DNA of 62,000 nt, counting the filler. It is 3 parts of 3 records of this genome, joined end to end, with 100 filler letters (N's around TTAATTAATTAA, not from the genome) between each part and the next. Parts side by side here need not be neighbours in the genome. Positions count along the whole stretch, not along the records: positions 30,044 to 62,000 come from SRR20825010_7145; 2 more parts are not named here. One strand, written 5' to 3'. A model generated the notes under the pieces. The model was not told the DNA's origin. It did no database searches and was given only the letters and a program-made list of their open reading frames with translations. The stretch's first letter is position 1, and every line of letters starts with the position of its first letter. Positions 50,273 through 60,500 of the stretch are shown one piece after another. The position numbers and the translations under genes were made by a program.

Positions 50273-51820
50273 ATGAAAACAGTTTTAATCCTTGCTTCAA
50301 TACTCTCATCTTCCTTCACTTTTGCTCAAAATGTACTTGTGGATGATATTTTTGCTCCGAACGAGCCGAGCATTATGTTCGATCCAAATGATCCTTCAAA
50401 AATGGTCGCTGGTGCCAACATAGACTTGTGCTTCACTAGTTCAGATTTTGGACAAACATGGACTAAAGTGGATATCAACTCGACTTTCGGCGTATGGGGC
50501 GATCCAGTAATAGATGTGGATCTGAATGGAGATTTCTATTTCTTTCACCTCTCAGACCCTCCTGGATCGGCATGGGTAGATCGAATTGTTTGTCAAAAGT
50601 CATCCGATCAAGGTGCGACGTGGACCAATGGAACTTATACGGGATTGAACGGCTCAAAAATTCAAGATAAACATTGGAGTGCAATTGATCGTTCGAACAA
50701 CAATATTTACCTTACATGGACGCAGTTTGATAATTACGCAAGCTCCAATCCACTGGACAGCAGTACAATTCTCTTCTCAAAATCTACCGATGCTGGATCA
50801 ACTTGGAGCACACCACTCCGCATCAATAAACAAGCTGGAGATTGCGTTGATAGCGATATGACCACCGAAGGAGCGACACCCGCAATCGGTCCAAATGGAG
50901 AAATTTATGTTGCCTGGGCTGGTCCAAATGGAATCATGTTTGATCGTTCACTGGATGGCGGATCGACATGGTTAGACAATGATATTTTCGTGGATGCAAT
51001 GCCTACTGGTTGGGACTACGCAATTCCTGGGATTTATCGAAGTAACGGGCTTCCCATTACCAAATGCGACACGAGCGGCGGTCCGAATAATGGAACAATT
51101 TATATCAACTGGTCCGATCAACGAAACGGTCCAGATGATACCGAAATTTGGCTAGCGAAATCGACAGACGGAGGAAACACCTGGAGCGCACCGATATTGG
51201 TAAATGATGACAACACAGGACGTCATCAATTCATGACTTGGATGGACATTGATCAAACGACAGGAAATTTGTTTTTTGTTTTCTACGATCGAAGAAACTT
51301 CACTGATGAAAGCACGGAAGTAACGATGGCGATTTCTCAAGATGGAGGAACTACGTTTAGCAATCAGATAATTAGTGAAACTCCATTCTTTCCTTATGAA
51401 GGAATCTTTTTTGGAGACTATACAAATATTGTCGCACATGACGGAATTGTGCGCCCGATTTGGACGCGAATGGATAATGTTACCTTGAGTATCTGGACAG
51501 ACGTTACACCTATTTCGTCTTTGCTAGTCAACGAGCATCCACCTATTCACTCAACCGTTGAAGTGAAACAGTATCCCAATCCGACAAATACGAACAGTTA
51601 CATCTCTTTCAAACTTCGCGATAATCAATCTGTCAGTTTGCAAATTCATGATGCTTTTGGTCATCAGATTCATCAAATTGTAGATCAAAAAAAATATGGA
51701 TTCGGAACTCATGTCTTAACGATTCCTGTAACGGAGCTGAATCTCGCATCAGGCGTGTATTATACTGTATTAACAGTTGGAGATAAAACAAAAGTTCAGA
51801 AATTAGTAGTCATCGATTAG
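50273..51820 (+). CDS. BNR/Asp-box (sialidase-like beta-propeller) protein with T9SS sorting domain
   Basis: Six Asp-boxes (SSDFGQTW, SSDQGATW, STDAGSTW, SLDGGSTW, STDGGNTW, SQDGGTTF); 'FFGDY'; C-terminal domain 'QYPNP...SGVYY...KLVV'. Confidence 0.85.
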   Translation: MKTVLILASILSSSFTFAQNVLVDDIFAPNEPSIMFDPNDPSKMVAGANIDLCFTSSDFGQTWTKVDINSTFGVWGDPVIDVDLNGDFYFFHLSDPPGSAWVDRIVCQKSSDQGATWTNGTYTGLNGSKIQDKHWSAIDRSNNNIYLTWTQFDNYASSNPLDSSTILFSKSTDAGSTWSTPLRINKQAGDCVDSDMTTEGATPAIGPNGEIYVAWAGPNGIMFDRSLDGGSTWLDNDIFVDAMPTGWDYAIPGIYRSNGLPITKCDTSGGPNNGTIYINWSDQRNGPDDTEIWLAKSTDGGNTWSAPILVNDDNTGRHQFMTWMDIDQTTGNLFFVFYDRRNFTDESTEVTMAISQDGGTTFSNQIISETPFFPYEGIFFGDYTNIVAHDGIVRPIWTRMDNVTLSIWTDVTPISSLLVNEHPPIHSTVEVKQYPNPTNTNSYISFKLRDNQSVSLQIHDAFGHQIHQIVDQKKYGFGTHVLTIPVTELNLASGVYYTVLTVGDKTKVQKLVVID

Positions 51821-51913
51821 CGCACACTTTCCACCGAATGAAACAATTTGTTTAGAGAAAATTATTAGAGTTTCTTCCACTAAAGCAAAATAAAATGAGG
51901 AAATTGAGTTTAT

Positions 51914-52348
51914 CTACGGATAAGCGATAATAGGCATCATTGTAAAAGAATCAACAATAATATTGAAATCCTTAATTTCATTCGAAAGAATGATCAATGC
52001 TTCACCTTCGAATGTTGGTTTCTCGATCGCTTCATTAACTTCAAACTGTTTCACCTCAAACCCTCCGTAATCGCGCCCTTCATCAATCGAAACACTGAAA
52101 TATACTACGGCCACGGTATCATTCAAGATTCTTAATTGACCACTCATTGGATATTCTTGATTCTTGAGCCAAACTCTGGCTACACTCAACGAGTTAAATG
52201 ATATATAACAATCCAACTGAACTTCATAGCGTGTCCCATGAACACAACAAACGCCGCCTACCCAAGGAGTAGCTTCCGCACGTGTAACATTCTGAGCGCT
52301 TGCCACACCAGAAATTAAAAAAAGGAAGACTGTTATTATCGTTTTCAT
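51914..52348 (-). CDS. Secreted hypothetical protein
   Basis: Signal peptide ending ASAQ; 'WVGGV...GTRY' N-terminus and 'IAYP' C-terminus. Confidence 0.65.
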   Translation of the reverse strand: MKTIITVFLFLISGVASAQNVTRAEATPWVGGVCCVHGTRYEVQLDCYISFNSLSVARVWLKNQEYPMSGQLRILNDTVAVVYFSVSIDEGRDYGGFEVKQFEVNEAIEKPTFEGEALIILSNEIKDFNIIVDSFTMMPIIAYP

Positions 52349-52446
52349 TGTGTTATTTATTCTTCAGTACAACGGATTTGCCAATTGGTTCAATCAACTC
52401 CTTTGTCTTGGCACTATCTTTGGTTTTCTTTTTCAAAATTCAGGAT

Positions 52447-53685
52447 ATGAAACACCTATACCATTTAATTCTCGCTTCCCTTTTCATTCAGTTTTCCACT
52501 CAAGCGCAGGTTGTAGTGTATGATCAAGATTTTTCAGGAGCCAACATTTCCATTTCAAGCAACTGGAACATTACTGACGCCGATCAAATCTGGAATGACC
52601 GAATCAGTTCGATTGATCTCGCAGAGGGCTATAAAATTATCCTTTTTGAGAATCAGAATTTCACAGGTGAACAGTTAGAAATCACAAAAGCGACTTCATT
52701 CAAGGACAATTTATCGCATTGGAATGACCGAGTTTCATCTTTAAAAATCATTCAAATAACGAGTGGATTTTCGCTCTACTATTCAACTTATTATGAGCAT
52801 GGTGGTCAATGGATTAGAATGGATGATTTCGTGCTTAATTCGGCAGGAAACTTATTCTATGGAACAGGAAAAATTGAAAATCCGAAAGCCACTGGTAAAA
52901 TGATTTCTTGGAATCAAGATCAGCGCAATCAATCTGACGGAGCAATTACATTTAATGAAGAATCATTATCTGGTTGGATAAAATATCCAGGTTTGGGGAA
53001 AGTCACAATTAAGGGAGAATTCATTGAAAAAGTCCAAAATACCTATCCTCCATTTATTGCTCGAAGAAATTCTTCAAGTTCTCCTTCCAACGTTGTGAAT
53101 TTTTCAAACAATGCTGCTGGAGCCGTAAAATTGTACCTAAGTGACGATTTTAAAGGAGAAAGCAAACTAATTACGGAGAATTGGTCTCCTGAAGGATTTG
53201 ATGAAACGTACAAATGGGGTGGAAAGATTAATTCAATTAAAGTTCCCGAAGGTTGGTCAATTAGAATGTATCGATTCTCAAAATATGGCGGATCTTACCT
53301 TGAAATGAGCGATAATTGGTCTGCAAAAGACTATCCCGACTGGAAAAATGAGATTGAATCGATTAAAATTGTACGAAAACAAGAAAACACATTGTATCCA
53401 TATCAACAATCGGTTTCAAATGGGATCAAAATTTACCTTACGGAAGATTATACTGGCGAGAGCAAACTCATCTCTAGCGATTGGAACCCGAAAGATTTTG
53501 AGGATACGTATAAGTGGGGAGGTAAAATTAATTCAATCCGAATTCCCGAAGGTTGGGCCATACGCATGTATCGTTTTTCAGATTTTGGAGGATCTTACCT
53601 CGAAATGAGTGATGATTGGTCTGCGAAAGACTTCCCAGATTGGGCCAATGAAATTGAGTGTATTAAAATTGTGAAAAAGCCTTGA
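52447..53685 (+). CDS. Secreted beta/gamma-crystallin (Greek key) repeat protein
   Basis: Signal peptide from ATG 52447; 'WNDRISSI', 'LFENQNFTGE', 'WNDRVSSLKI'; two duplicated domains containing 'KINSIKVPEGW' exactly 300 nt apart. Confidence 0.8.
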   Translation: MKHLYHLILASLFIQFSTQAQVVVYDQDFSGANISISSNWNITDADQIWNDRISSIDLAEGYKIILFENQNFTGEQLEITKATSFKDNLSHWNDRVSSLKIIQITSGFSLYYSTYYEHGGQWIRMDDFVLNSAGNLFYGTGKIENPKATGKMISWNQDQRNQSDGAITFNEESLSGWIKYPGLGKVTIKGEFIEKVQNTYPPFIARRNSSSSPSNVVNFSNNAAGAVKLYLSDDFKGESKLITENWSPEGFDETYKWGGKINSIKVPEGWSIRMYRFSKYGGSYLEMSDNWSAKDYPDWKNEIESIKIVRKQENTLYPYQQSVSNGIKIYLTEDYTGESKLISSDWNPKDFEDTYKWGGKINSIRIPEGWAIRMYRFSDFGGSYLEMSDDWSAKDFPDWANEIECIKIVKKP

Positions 53686-53692
53686 TTGTCAA

Positions 53693-54487
53693 TCAGGTTG
53701 CGCTTTGCTTCTTAATCACCTTCCAAAACAATTTAGGGAAAAAGCGTTTTAAAGTTACCGCTTTGATTTCTTTCTTCCCGATCAACACTTCTGGTTTCTT
53801 AGCAATGGTCGCTTGAATAATCTCACGTGCACATTCACTCGCAGCCATGCCTGTTTCTTGGTTGTGATCCATTACTCCGTGACTGTCGCCAGAAGCGTTT
53901 AGTGCATTCACAGAGATTTGCGTATTGATCTTACCTGGGCAAACAATCGTTACGAAAACATTATTCTTTTCTTCCTCCAGCATTAAACTCTCGTAGAATC
54001 CGTGTAGCGCATGTTTTGACGCACTGTAAGCACTTCTTAGGAAGAAACCAAACTTCCCTGCAATGCTTGAAATCACGATGAAATGTCCAGACTTTTGTGC
54101 TCTAAAAACGGGTAAAATGGCTTTCGTAAGCGCGATATTTCCAAAATAATTCGTTTCCATGATCCTACGATCTACTTCCATTGGAGTTTCGTGCACTTCA
54201 GAGCGTTGCGAAATCCCACCATTATTGAACAGGTAATCTATTTTACCAAAATGATCTACAACCTTTTTGACGAGTTCAGGAAAATTGGATGAATTCTCTA
54301 AATCCAACGCAACAACTAGATGATTTTCACTATTCGGGAGCTTATTCTTGAGTGCTTCCAACTTTTCCACATTTCGCGCTGACAATACAAGCTTAGCTCC
54401 AGCAGTTGCCATTTGTAGAGCAATCTCCTCTCCTATTCCGGAAGAAGCTCCTGTAACCCAAACGATTTTGTCTTGAAATGTTTTCAT
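53693..54487 (-). CDS. Short-chain dehydrogenase/reductase (DHRS7-like)
   Basis: 'TGASSGIG', 'NNGG', 'ISSIAG', YxxxK 'YSASK'. Confidence 0.93.
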   Translation of the reverse strand: MKTFQDKIVWVTGASSGIGEEIALQMATAGAKLVLSARNVEKLEALKNKLPNSENHLVVALDLENSSNFPELVKKVVDHFGKIDYLFNNGGISQRSEVHETPMEVDRRIMETNYFGNIALTKAILPVFRAQKSGHFIVISSIAGKFGFFLRSAYSASKHALHGFYESLMLEEEKNNVFVTIVCPGKINTQISVNALNASGDSHGVMDHNQETGMAASECAREIIQATIAKKPEVLIGKKEIKAVTLKRFFPKLFWKVIKKQSAT

Positions 54488-54535
54488 AGAGTAAAACTAG
54501 CGATTCGTAGCAATGATTTCGTAAGCTTCTAAAAT

Positions 54536-54566
54536 AAAAAAATCCCATCTGATCGCTCAAATGGGA
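54536..54566 (-). terminator. Intrinsic terminator (minus strand)
   Basis: Minus strand TCCCATTTGA-GCGA-TCAGATGGGA followed by T7. Confidence 0.8.
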
Positions 54567-54587
54567 AGAAAGTCCAATGCTGAAATC

Positions 54588-55007
54588 CTATAAATCGTCA
54601 GGAAGTGCAGCAGGCTTAAATGATTTTGCTTTTGGTTTTAACGTTTCGATAAACACCACTTTAAATTTTTCACCATCAATATTGAAGATCATTTCTGAAA
54701 TTCCATTTACGATTGTTGGTGGTTGTTTTTTCGAATTATAGAACTTTTTCTCCATTAACTCATACGTATTATCATCGTATTGAACGAAGATATTCACGAT
54801 AAGCCCATTTTCAACTCGGGCTTTTCCAGAGATACAGTATGAACCGCCATCTTCAAAAAACGAGAGAATCACATTTCTGTGGATGTCATCAGAAACCGAA
54901 TATGCCCCTCTATCATCAAATGCTTTTTGTAGTTTGATAAAGCAATCTTGTGCATTCAATGAAGCGGTGATGAAAATAGCACAGATTAAAAGTAAACTTT
55001 TCTTCAT
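54588..55007 (-). CDS. Secreted hypothetical protein
   Basis: Signal peptide MKKSLLLICAIFITASLNAQ; followed by its own terminator. Confidence 0.7.
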   Translation of the reverse strand: MKKSLLLICAIFITASLNAQDCFIKLQKAFDDRGAYSVSDDIHRNVILSFFEDGGSYCISGKARVENGLIVNIFVQYDDNTYELMEKKFYNSKKQPPTIVNGISEMIFNIDGEKFKVVFIETLKPKAKSFKPAALPDDL

Positions 55008-55117
55008 AGTTTGTTTTTGTTTTGAGCCTCGACTCGGTTTTCAAATATAGCAAGTTTGATTCAAATTTTTCCTACCTGCTTTTAATATTGTCTTATTTTT
55101 GACAAAAATCAATTGTG

Positions 55118-55687
55118 ATGAGTCAAAAACAAATAGCAGACCAATTTTCGGAAGCATTTGAAATTTTGCAAATATTTAACACTCCTGAGAATTTCGAAAA
55201 GATCGAACTTGCCGGAAAAACGATGGTAACTTCCATTCAATCAGGAGGAAAAATTATTAGCTGTGGCAACGGTGGTTCCATGTGTGACGCAATGCATTTT
55301 GCTGAAGAACTCACTGGAAGATATCGAAATGACCGTCCAGCAATCCCTGCAATTTCAATTTCAGACCCGAGTCATATTTCTTGCGTAGGGAATGATTACG
55401 GCTTTGATTTCATCTTTTCGCGTTATATTGAAGCTGTCGGAAACAAGAATGATGTTCTTTTAGCAATCTCTACTAGCGGAAATTCGAAAAACATTTTGAA
55501 TGCAATCGAGGTTGCTCGACAAAAAGGTATGAAAGTGATTGGTTTAACGGGGAAAACAGGTGGATCGATGGTTCCTCTTTGTGATGTTGAAATCCGTGCT
55601 CCACATTCCGAATATGCTGATCGCGCACAAGAAATTCATATCAAAGTGATTCATTCACTCATTGGTTATATTGAAAATAATCTTTAG
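55118..55687 (+). CDS. gmhA: D-sedoheptulose 7-phosphate isomerase
   Basis: '[18 protein letters not shown]', 'NDYGF..IFSR', 'ISTSGNS', 'QEIHIKVIH'. TATTTTTG at 55094-55101. Confidence 0.95.
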   Translation: MSQKQIADQFSEAFEILQIFNTPENFEKIELAGKTMVTSIQSGGKIISCGNGGSMCDAMHFAEELTGRYRNDRPAIPAISISDPSHISCVGNDYGFDFIFSRYIEAVGNKNDVLLAISTSGNSKNILNAIEVARQKGMKVIGLTGKTGGSMVPLCDVEIRAPHSEYADRAQEIHIKVIHSLIGYIENNL

Positions 55688-55743
55688 CAATACCCGCAAA
55701 GAAATTGAATTCACTATCTTTGCGACGAAATTTAACATGAAAC

Positions 55744-56166
55744 ATGGGAACAATCGCACAACTTTTTGAATCTGGTGAACAAAGCGCCGACAAAGGACAT
55801 TTCAACAATCTTGTAATGCTTGCACGTGTTGACGGTAAGATAGATGAGGCTGAAATCAAATTGTTAACGCGCATTGCACAGCGTTTATCTCTTACTTCAG
55901 AGCAAGTGAAAGAAATTATCGAGCATTCAGATCAATATCCAATGGTCCCTCCGGTTTCTAGAGAAGAACGTTACGAACGATTTATTTCGTTTGTTCAAAT
56001 GATGCTTGTAGACGGAGGCGTAGATGCTTCTGAGAAAAAGCTAATTGACAAATACGGAATCGCACTTGGATTTAAAACCGAAGGATTGAATGAGAAATAC
56101 AAACTAATCTTAGATCACTTGAGAAGTGGGAAATCGAACGATGAAGTTTTGACGGCAATTATGTAA
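55744..56166 (+). CDS. TerB-like (tellurite resistance family) protein
   Basis: Duplicated 'LA.VDG.IDEAE..LL' / 'MM.VDG.VDASE..LI' motif. TATCTTTG at 55715-55722. Confidence 0.8.
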   Translation: MGTIAQLFESGEQSADKGHFNNLVMLARVDGKIDEAEIKLLTRIAQRLSLTSEQVKEIIEHSDQYPMVPPVSREERYERFISFVQMMLVDGGVDASEKKLIDKYGIALGFKTEGLNEKYKLILDHLRSGKSNDEVLTAIM

Positions 56167-56188
56167 TAATCGTTTTATGCTGATATTT

Positions 56189-56226
56189 AAAATGAGGCTC
56201 CCGAATTCGGCAGCCTCATTTTTTTT
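56189..56226 (+). terminator. Intrinsic terminator
   Basis: AAAATGAGGCT-cccgaattcggc-AGCCTCATTTT plus T run. Confidence 0.85.
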
Positions 56227-56500
56227 GTACTGTAATCAAACAGTGTTGATTTTTTCTCTTACCAATCTTACAATTTAGTCAATGACTATTTTTTTGATTT
56301 CAAAGGAACCATTGTAGATTAACTTAACCATGTAAATTCCACTTGAAAAATTATCCAGCTGAATTGCGAGACTCATTCAAAAAAATAACGTTCTCCAATT
56401 TTTTAGTTTTATATTAGAAGCAAAGTTCATTTTTACATAAGATGATTAGTCTCTTTCAATCAAGAAACATTAATCCATTTTTGGATCTGATAACTAGCCA

Positions 56501-58234
56501 ATGCCACAATCATTTTTTCTATTAAAACAACCTTTACTTATTCTTTTATCTTTAGTATTATTCGATTATTCTCTTTCGGCACAAACCGCATTTGGAAGCG
56601 TGGAAAGAATCGATTCTCTAAAGTCCGAACTTTCACATGTAACAAACGACACCTCTAAAGTCTACATCTATTTAGAGCTTTCATACAATTATTCGCTTCA
56701 TCATTCGGACAGCTCAATTTTAATTGCTCAAGAAGGAATTAAACTTGCAAAAAATGGGATCCAAGCGACTACCAAAAAGAGTGTCAAGGAAAGACTCATT
56801 GAGCTCTCTTCATTATGTTCTGAATCAATTGCGGATCAATATCGACTCACCTCATCCTATTCAAAAGCAATTGGCTATTATCGAACCGCAATTGACGGAA
56901 GAAAAAAAATCCATTTAGCAGGCTGTGCCTACGTTTATAATAAAATGGCGATGTGTCATGCATACCTTAAAAATTACCCCGAGGCGCTTGAGATTTGCTA
57001 TTTGTCCTTAGAAGAATCTGACACTATTTTAAACAAAACGAAGCCCGAATATGTAGTTGAATACCAAACGTTGAATATCGTTTCTAGCATTCATCATCGC
57101 GTGGAAAATTGGGAAAAAGCTATCGAGTATTACACCAAAAGTATCCCTGTGATTGAAAAGGCACATCATAACAGAGGTCGAGCGAATTTATACAACAACC
57201 TTGCGATCGCACATAAAAAACTTGAACAATACAATAAGGCAGTAAAATACTTCCATTTGGCCTTGGCTGAAGATCAAGCATTAGAACCGAAACAGCTCAT
57301 TCTTGTTCAATCGAATCTCTCAAGTGCACTTATTGAGCTCTCAAAATTTAAAGAAGCAGAAAAATTACTCGCCATAGCACTAGAAAAAAGTAACTCTCTA
57401 GAAGATAACACCGCTACCGCAATTGTTTATGGAAGAATGGCAGAGTTGGCATTTACACTGGGAAAAACAGAACTCGCGGAAATGTACTGCGAGAAATCGA
57501 TGAATCTTACTGATAAACTCCCAGATGACATCTTCCAACTGACGACATCTATTCTCATGAAAATCAATGAGCAAAAAAAGAACTGGGAAGAAGCCTACAA
57601 CTACCAGCAACTTCATTCAAAAGTCTCTGAAAACATTGTAAATCTAGAAATGCTAAGAGACGTGATTAATACAGAATCTAATCATGCTCGATTGTTGTTC
57701 ACGAAAAAAAACAATTACATGGCTTCCCAAAAGGAAATACTACTCAAAGAAGCCCACAAAAAAGCCGAGTCAGAAAAAAGAAAAAATCAACAGCATTCAT
57801 TGATTACCATTGTTTCCATTTGCTGCCTGATAGGAGTATTAATCATAACTTTTTTCTGGATTAAATACATGAGAAACAAAATCAAGGAAAAAGAAAAAAT
57901 AGCGGAATCAGAACTAAAAATTCTTTTGAAAGAAATCAATCTTCTTAGGTCTAACCTAAATACACAACTGATTGAAAGTATTCCCGTTGATGCTGATTTG
58001 ATTAATAATAATCTAGAACACCTCATGAAAACGTCATTAACCAATCGAGAGATGGCCGTTTTAATTGAATTATGTAAAGGGAAAGAAAATAAATCGATTG
58101 CGGATAGTTTATTTATTTCCGTAAACACCGTAAGAACACACCTGTTGAAGATTTATGACAAACTGGAAGTTCACAACAGGACACAAGCCGTGAAAAAAGC
58201 AGAAAATCTCGCTCGATTAAACATGGACATGTAA
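56501..58234 (+). CDS. Membrane-anchored regulator: TPR sensor + TM helix + LuxR-type HTH
   Basis: Signal peptide, TPRs ('YNNLAIAHKKLEQYNKAVKYF'), TM 'LITIVSICCLIGVLIITFFWI', LuxR 'LTNRE..VL..L.KGKENKSIADSLFISVNTVRTH'. Confidence 0.88.
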   Translation: MPQSFFLLKQPLLILLSLVLFDYSLSAQTAFGSVERIDSLKSELSHVTNDTSKVYIYLELSYNYSLHHSDSSILIAQEGIKLAKNGIQATTKKSVKERLIELSSLCSESIADQYRLTSSYSKAIGYYRTAIDGRKKIHLAGCAYVYNKMAMCHAYLKNYPEALEICYLSLEESDTILNKTKPEYVVEYQTLNIVSSIHHRVENWEKAIEYYTKSIPVIEKAHHNRGRANLYNNLAIAHKKLEQYNKAVKYFHLALAEDQALEPKQLILVQSNLSSALIELSKFKEAEKLLAIALEKSNSLEDNTATAIVYGRMAELAFTLGKTELAEMYCEKSMNLTDKLPDDIFQLTTSILMKINEQKKNWEEAYNYQQLHSKVSENIVNLEMLRDVINTESNHARLLFTKKNNYMASQKEILLKEAHKKAESEKRKNQQHSLITIVSICCLIGVLIITFFWIKYMRNKIKEKEKIAESELKILLKEINLLRSNLNTQLIESIPVDADLINNNLEHLMKTSLTNREMAVLIELCKGKENKSIADSLFISVNTVRTHLLKIYDKLEVHNRTQAVKKAENLARLNMDM

Positions 58235-58408
58235 AACATTCTCATATTTCAAATGAGGGATCAATGCTCAAAATCCATCAATTAAGAGCAAAATTCATTC
58301 ATCACAACCCATAAATCGGTTAATTGTGAATAACTCCGTTGATTCATTCATAAAATTTAACGATTCAACTTGTCAATATTCACTAATTTTGCTGCTTAAT
58401 GAATGTGA

Positions 58409-58873
58409 ATGATTCAGGAAGAGTTACAAAGTACCGTTAAGGACATTTTTTCAGCATACCTCGAGAAAAATGGGCATCGGAAAACACCCGAGCGCTTTGC
58501 CATACTCGCTGAAATTTACAATTACACAGGACATTTTGACATTGAGTCTCTGTATGTGGAGATGAAAAATCAAAACTACCGCGTTTCCAGAGCTACCTTA
58601 TACAATACAATTGATCTTTTGCTCGCATGTAATTTAGTGCGAAAGCATCAATTTGGTAAGAATATCGCTCAATTTGAAAAATCACACGGTTCCAAACAAC
58701 ATGATCACGTGATTCTTACTGAATCAGGTGAATTATTAGAATTTTGTGATCCTCGAATTCAGCATATCAAAGCGACAATCGAAGAGATCTTTGGAGTAGA
58801 TATTCAACACCACTCTCTTTATTTTTACGGCACACGTAAAACAGACGATAAGACTAAAACAAGCACTAAGTGA
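58409..58873 (+). CDS. fur: Fur family transcriptional regulator
   Basis: '[10 protein letters not shown]', 'HFDIESL', 'VSRATLYNT', 'QHDH', 'EFCDPR'. TAATTTTG at 58384-58391. Confidence 0.92.
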   Translation: MIQEELQSTVKDIFSAYLEKNGHRKTPERFAILAEIYNYTGHFDIESLYVEMKNQNYRVSRATLYNTIDLLLACNLVRKHQFGKNIAQFEKSHGSKQHDHVILTESGELLEFCDPRIQHIKATIEEIFGVDIQHHSLYFYGTRKTDDKTKTSTK

Positions 58874-59214
58874 GTTTTACCTATACCATATCGCTGATCG
58901 ATCCTGTCGTAATTTATCGACTCTCGGGAAAAATTACCACTGAGGGAGATTATGACGAGATTGAAAAAGAAATTTTCGATTACTTAAATCAAAACTATTA
59001 CCGCGTTGTTTTCGACCTAACAGATTTCACACATACCAACTCCTCTGGAATTGGATTTTTTATGAGAACTCTTACCAAGTCCAGAATTATGGGAGGAGAT
59101 CTTGTTCTCTTTAACCTCGGCGGGAATGTCAAAAAGATTTTTGACATCGCAAAGCTTAACGAAGTTTATACAATCTGCGATACAGAAAACGCAGCCATCA
59201 ATTATTTTAAATAG
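58870..59214 (+). CDS. STAS-domain anti-sigma-factor antagonist
   Basis: 'VVFDL..F.H.NSSGIG', 'GGDLVL', 'VKKIF.I.KL'. GTGA overlap with fur. Confidence 0.88.
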   Translation: MSFTYTISLIDPVVIYRLSGKITTEGDYDEIEKEIFDYLNQNYYRVVFDLTDFTHTNSSGIGFFMRTLTKSRIMGGDLVLFNLGGNVKKIFDIAKLNEVYTICDTENAAINYFK

Positions 59215-59219
59215 AATCA

Positions 59220-60500
59220 ATGAAAGTAGACGTTTTACTCGGTTTACAATGGGGAGATGAAGGAAAAGGGAAAATCGTAGATGTTCTCACACCTCAGTAC
59301 GACATTATTGCACGTTTTCAAGGAGGACCAAATGCAGGTCACACATTAGAATTCGAAGGAATCAAACATGTACTGCACACAATTCCTTCTGGGATTTTCC
59401 ACGAAGGTGTTCTTAACCTTATTGGAAATGGTGTTGTAATAGATCCTGTGATCTTTCAAAACGAATTGGATAAATTGGCTCCGTTCAATATTGATATTAA
59501 ATCACGTTTAGTCATTTCTAAAAAGGCACACTTGATTTTACCAACGCATCGCTTGTTAGATGCCGCATCGGAATCTTCCAAAGGAAAGGATAAGATTGGT
59601 TCAACGTTGAAAGGAATCGGTCCAACTTACATGGATAAAACAGGTAGAAACGGTCTTCGTGTTGGAGATATCTTCTCACCACGATTTGAAGAAAAATACC
59701 GCGCTTTGGTTGAGAAACATCGTTTCATGCTCGATAAATTCGATGGTTTCGAATATGATTTAACAGAATTAGAGCAACCGTGGTTAGATGCGATTGCGAA
59801 ATTGAAAAATCTCACTGCAGTAGATAGCGAACAATACTTGAACGATGCCATGAAAGCCGGGAAGAAAATTCTTGCTGAAGGTGCTCAAGGTACAATGTTA
59901 GATATCGATTTCGGAACATATCCGTTTGTTACTTCTTCGAATACGGTAACGGCAGGAACATGTACTGGATTAGGTGTTGCTCCAACTAAAATTGGAAACG
60001 TTATTGGAATTTTTAAAGCGTACTGCACACGTGTTGGAAGTGGTCCATTTCCTACTGAACTCGATAATGAAGTTGGTGAACGCATCCGTAAGGAAGGTTT
60101 TGAGTTTGGCGCTACAACGGGTAGACCAAGACGTTGTGGTTGGGTTGATATTCCTGCATTGAAATACGCAATTATGATTAATGGCGTTACTGAACTCTCA
60201 ATGATGAAGGGTGATGTTTTAGATACATTCGAAACAATTCAGGTGTGTACGCATTACATGATTGATGGAGAAAGATACGATTACTTCCCTTATGACGTTT
60301 GTGATGTAGAAATCACTCCAGTTTATGAAGAAATCAAAGGATGGAATTGTGATACAACAAAGTTGACGTCGTACAATGATGCTCCAGAAGAGCTGAAATC
60401 GTATGTGGCATATTTGGAACAAAAATTGGAAGTACCGATTAGCGTCGTTTCGGTTGGACCGGATCGTAAACAAACATTAAACAATAAAGTGTTCGCTTGA
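59220..60500 (+). CDS. purA: Adenylosuccinate synthetase
   Basis: 'QWGDEGKGK', 'QGGPNAGHT', 'EGAQG.MLDID.GTYPFVTSS', 'TRVGSGPFPTE', 'GATTGRPRRCGW'. Confidence 0.98.
   Translation: MKVDVLLGLQWGDEGKGKIVDVLTPQYDIIARFQGGPNAGHTLEFEGIKHVLHTIPSGIFHEGVLNLIGNGVVIDPVIFQNELDKLAPFNIDIKSRLVISKKAHLILPTHRLLDAASESSKGKDKIGSTLKGIGPTYMDKTGRNGLRVGDIFSPRFEEKYRALVEKHRFMLDKFDGFEYDLTELEQPWLDAIAKLKNLTAVDSEQYLNDAMKAGKKILAEGAQGTMLDIDFGTYPFVTSSNTVTAGTCTGLGVAPTKIGNVIGIFKAYCTRVGSGPFPTELDNEVGERIRKEGFEFGATTGRPRRCGWVDIPALKYAIMINGVTELSMMKGDVLDTFETIQVCTHYMIDGERYDYFPYDVCDVEITPVYEEIKGWNCDTTKLTSYNDAPEELKSYVAYLEQKLEVPISVVSVGPDRKQTLNNKVFA

Noticed and set aside
50273..51820. Calling the Asp-box protein a true sialidase (GH33)
   Set aside because: Asp-boxes are present, but I could not find the RIP motif or catalytic Arg triad.
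55744..56166. TerB-like gene as a tellurite-resistance or anti-phage ter operon
   Set aside because: It is solitary, with its own promoter box and terminator, and no other ter genes are present.
30243..60473. Numerous short (60-180 aa) alternative-frame ORFs in contig 3, and similarly in contig 2
   Set aside because: All overlap well-supported genes and lack motifs.
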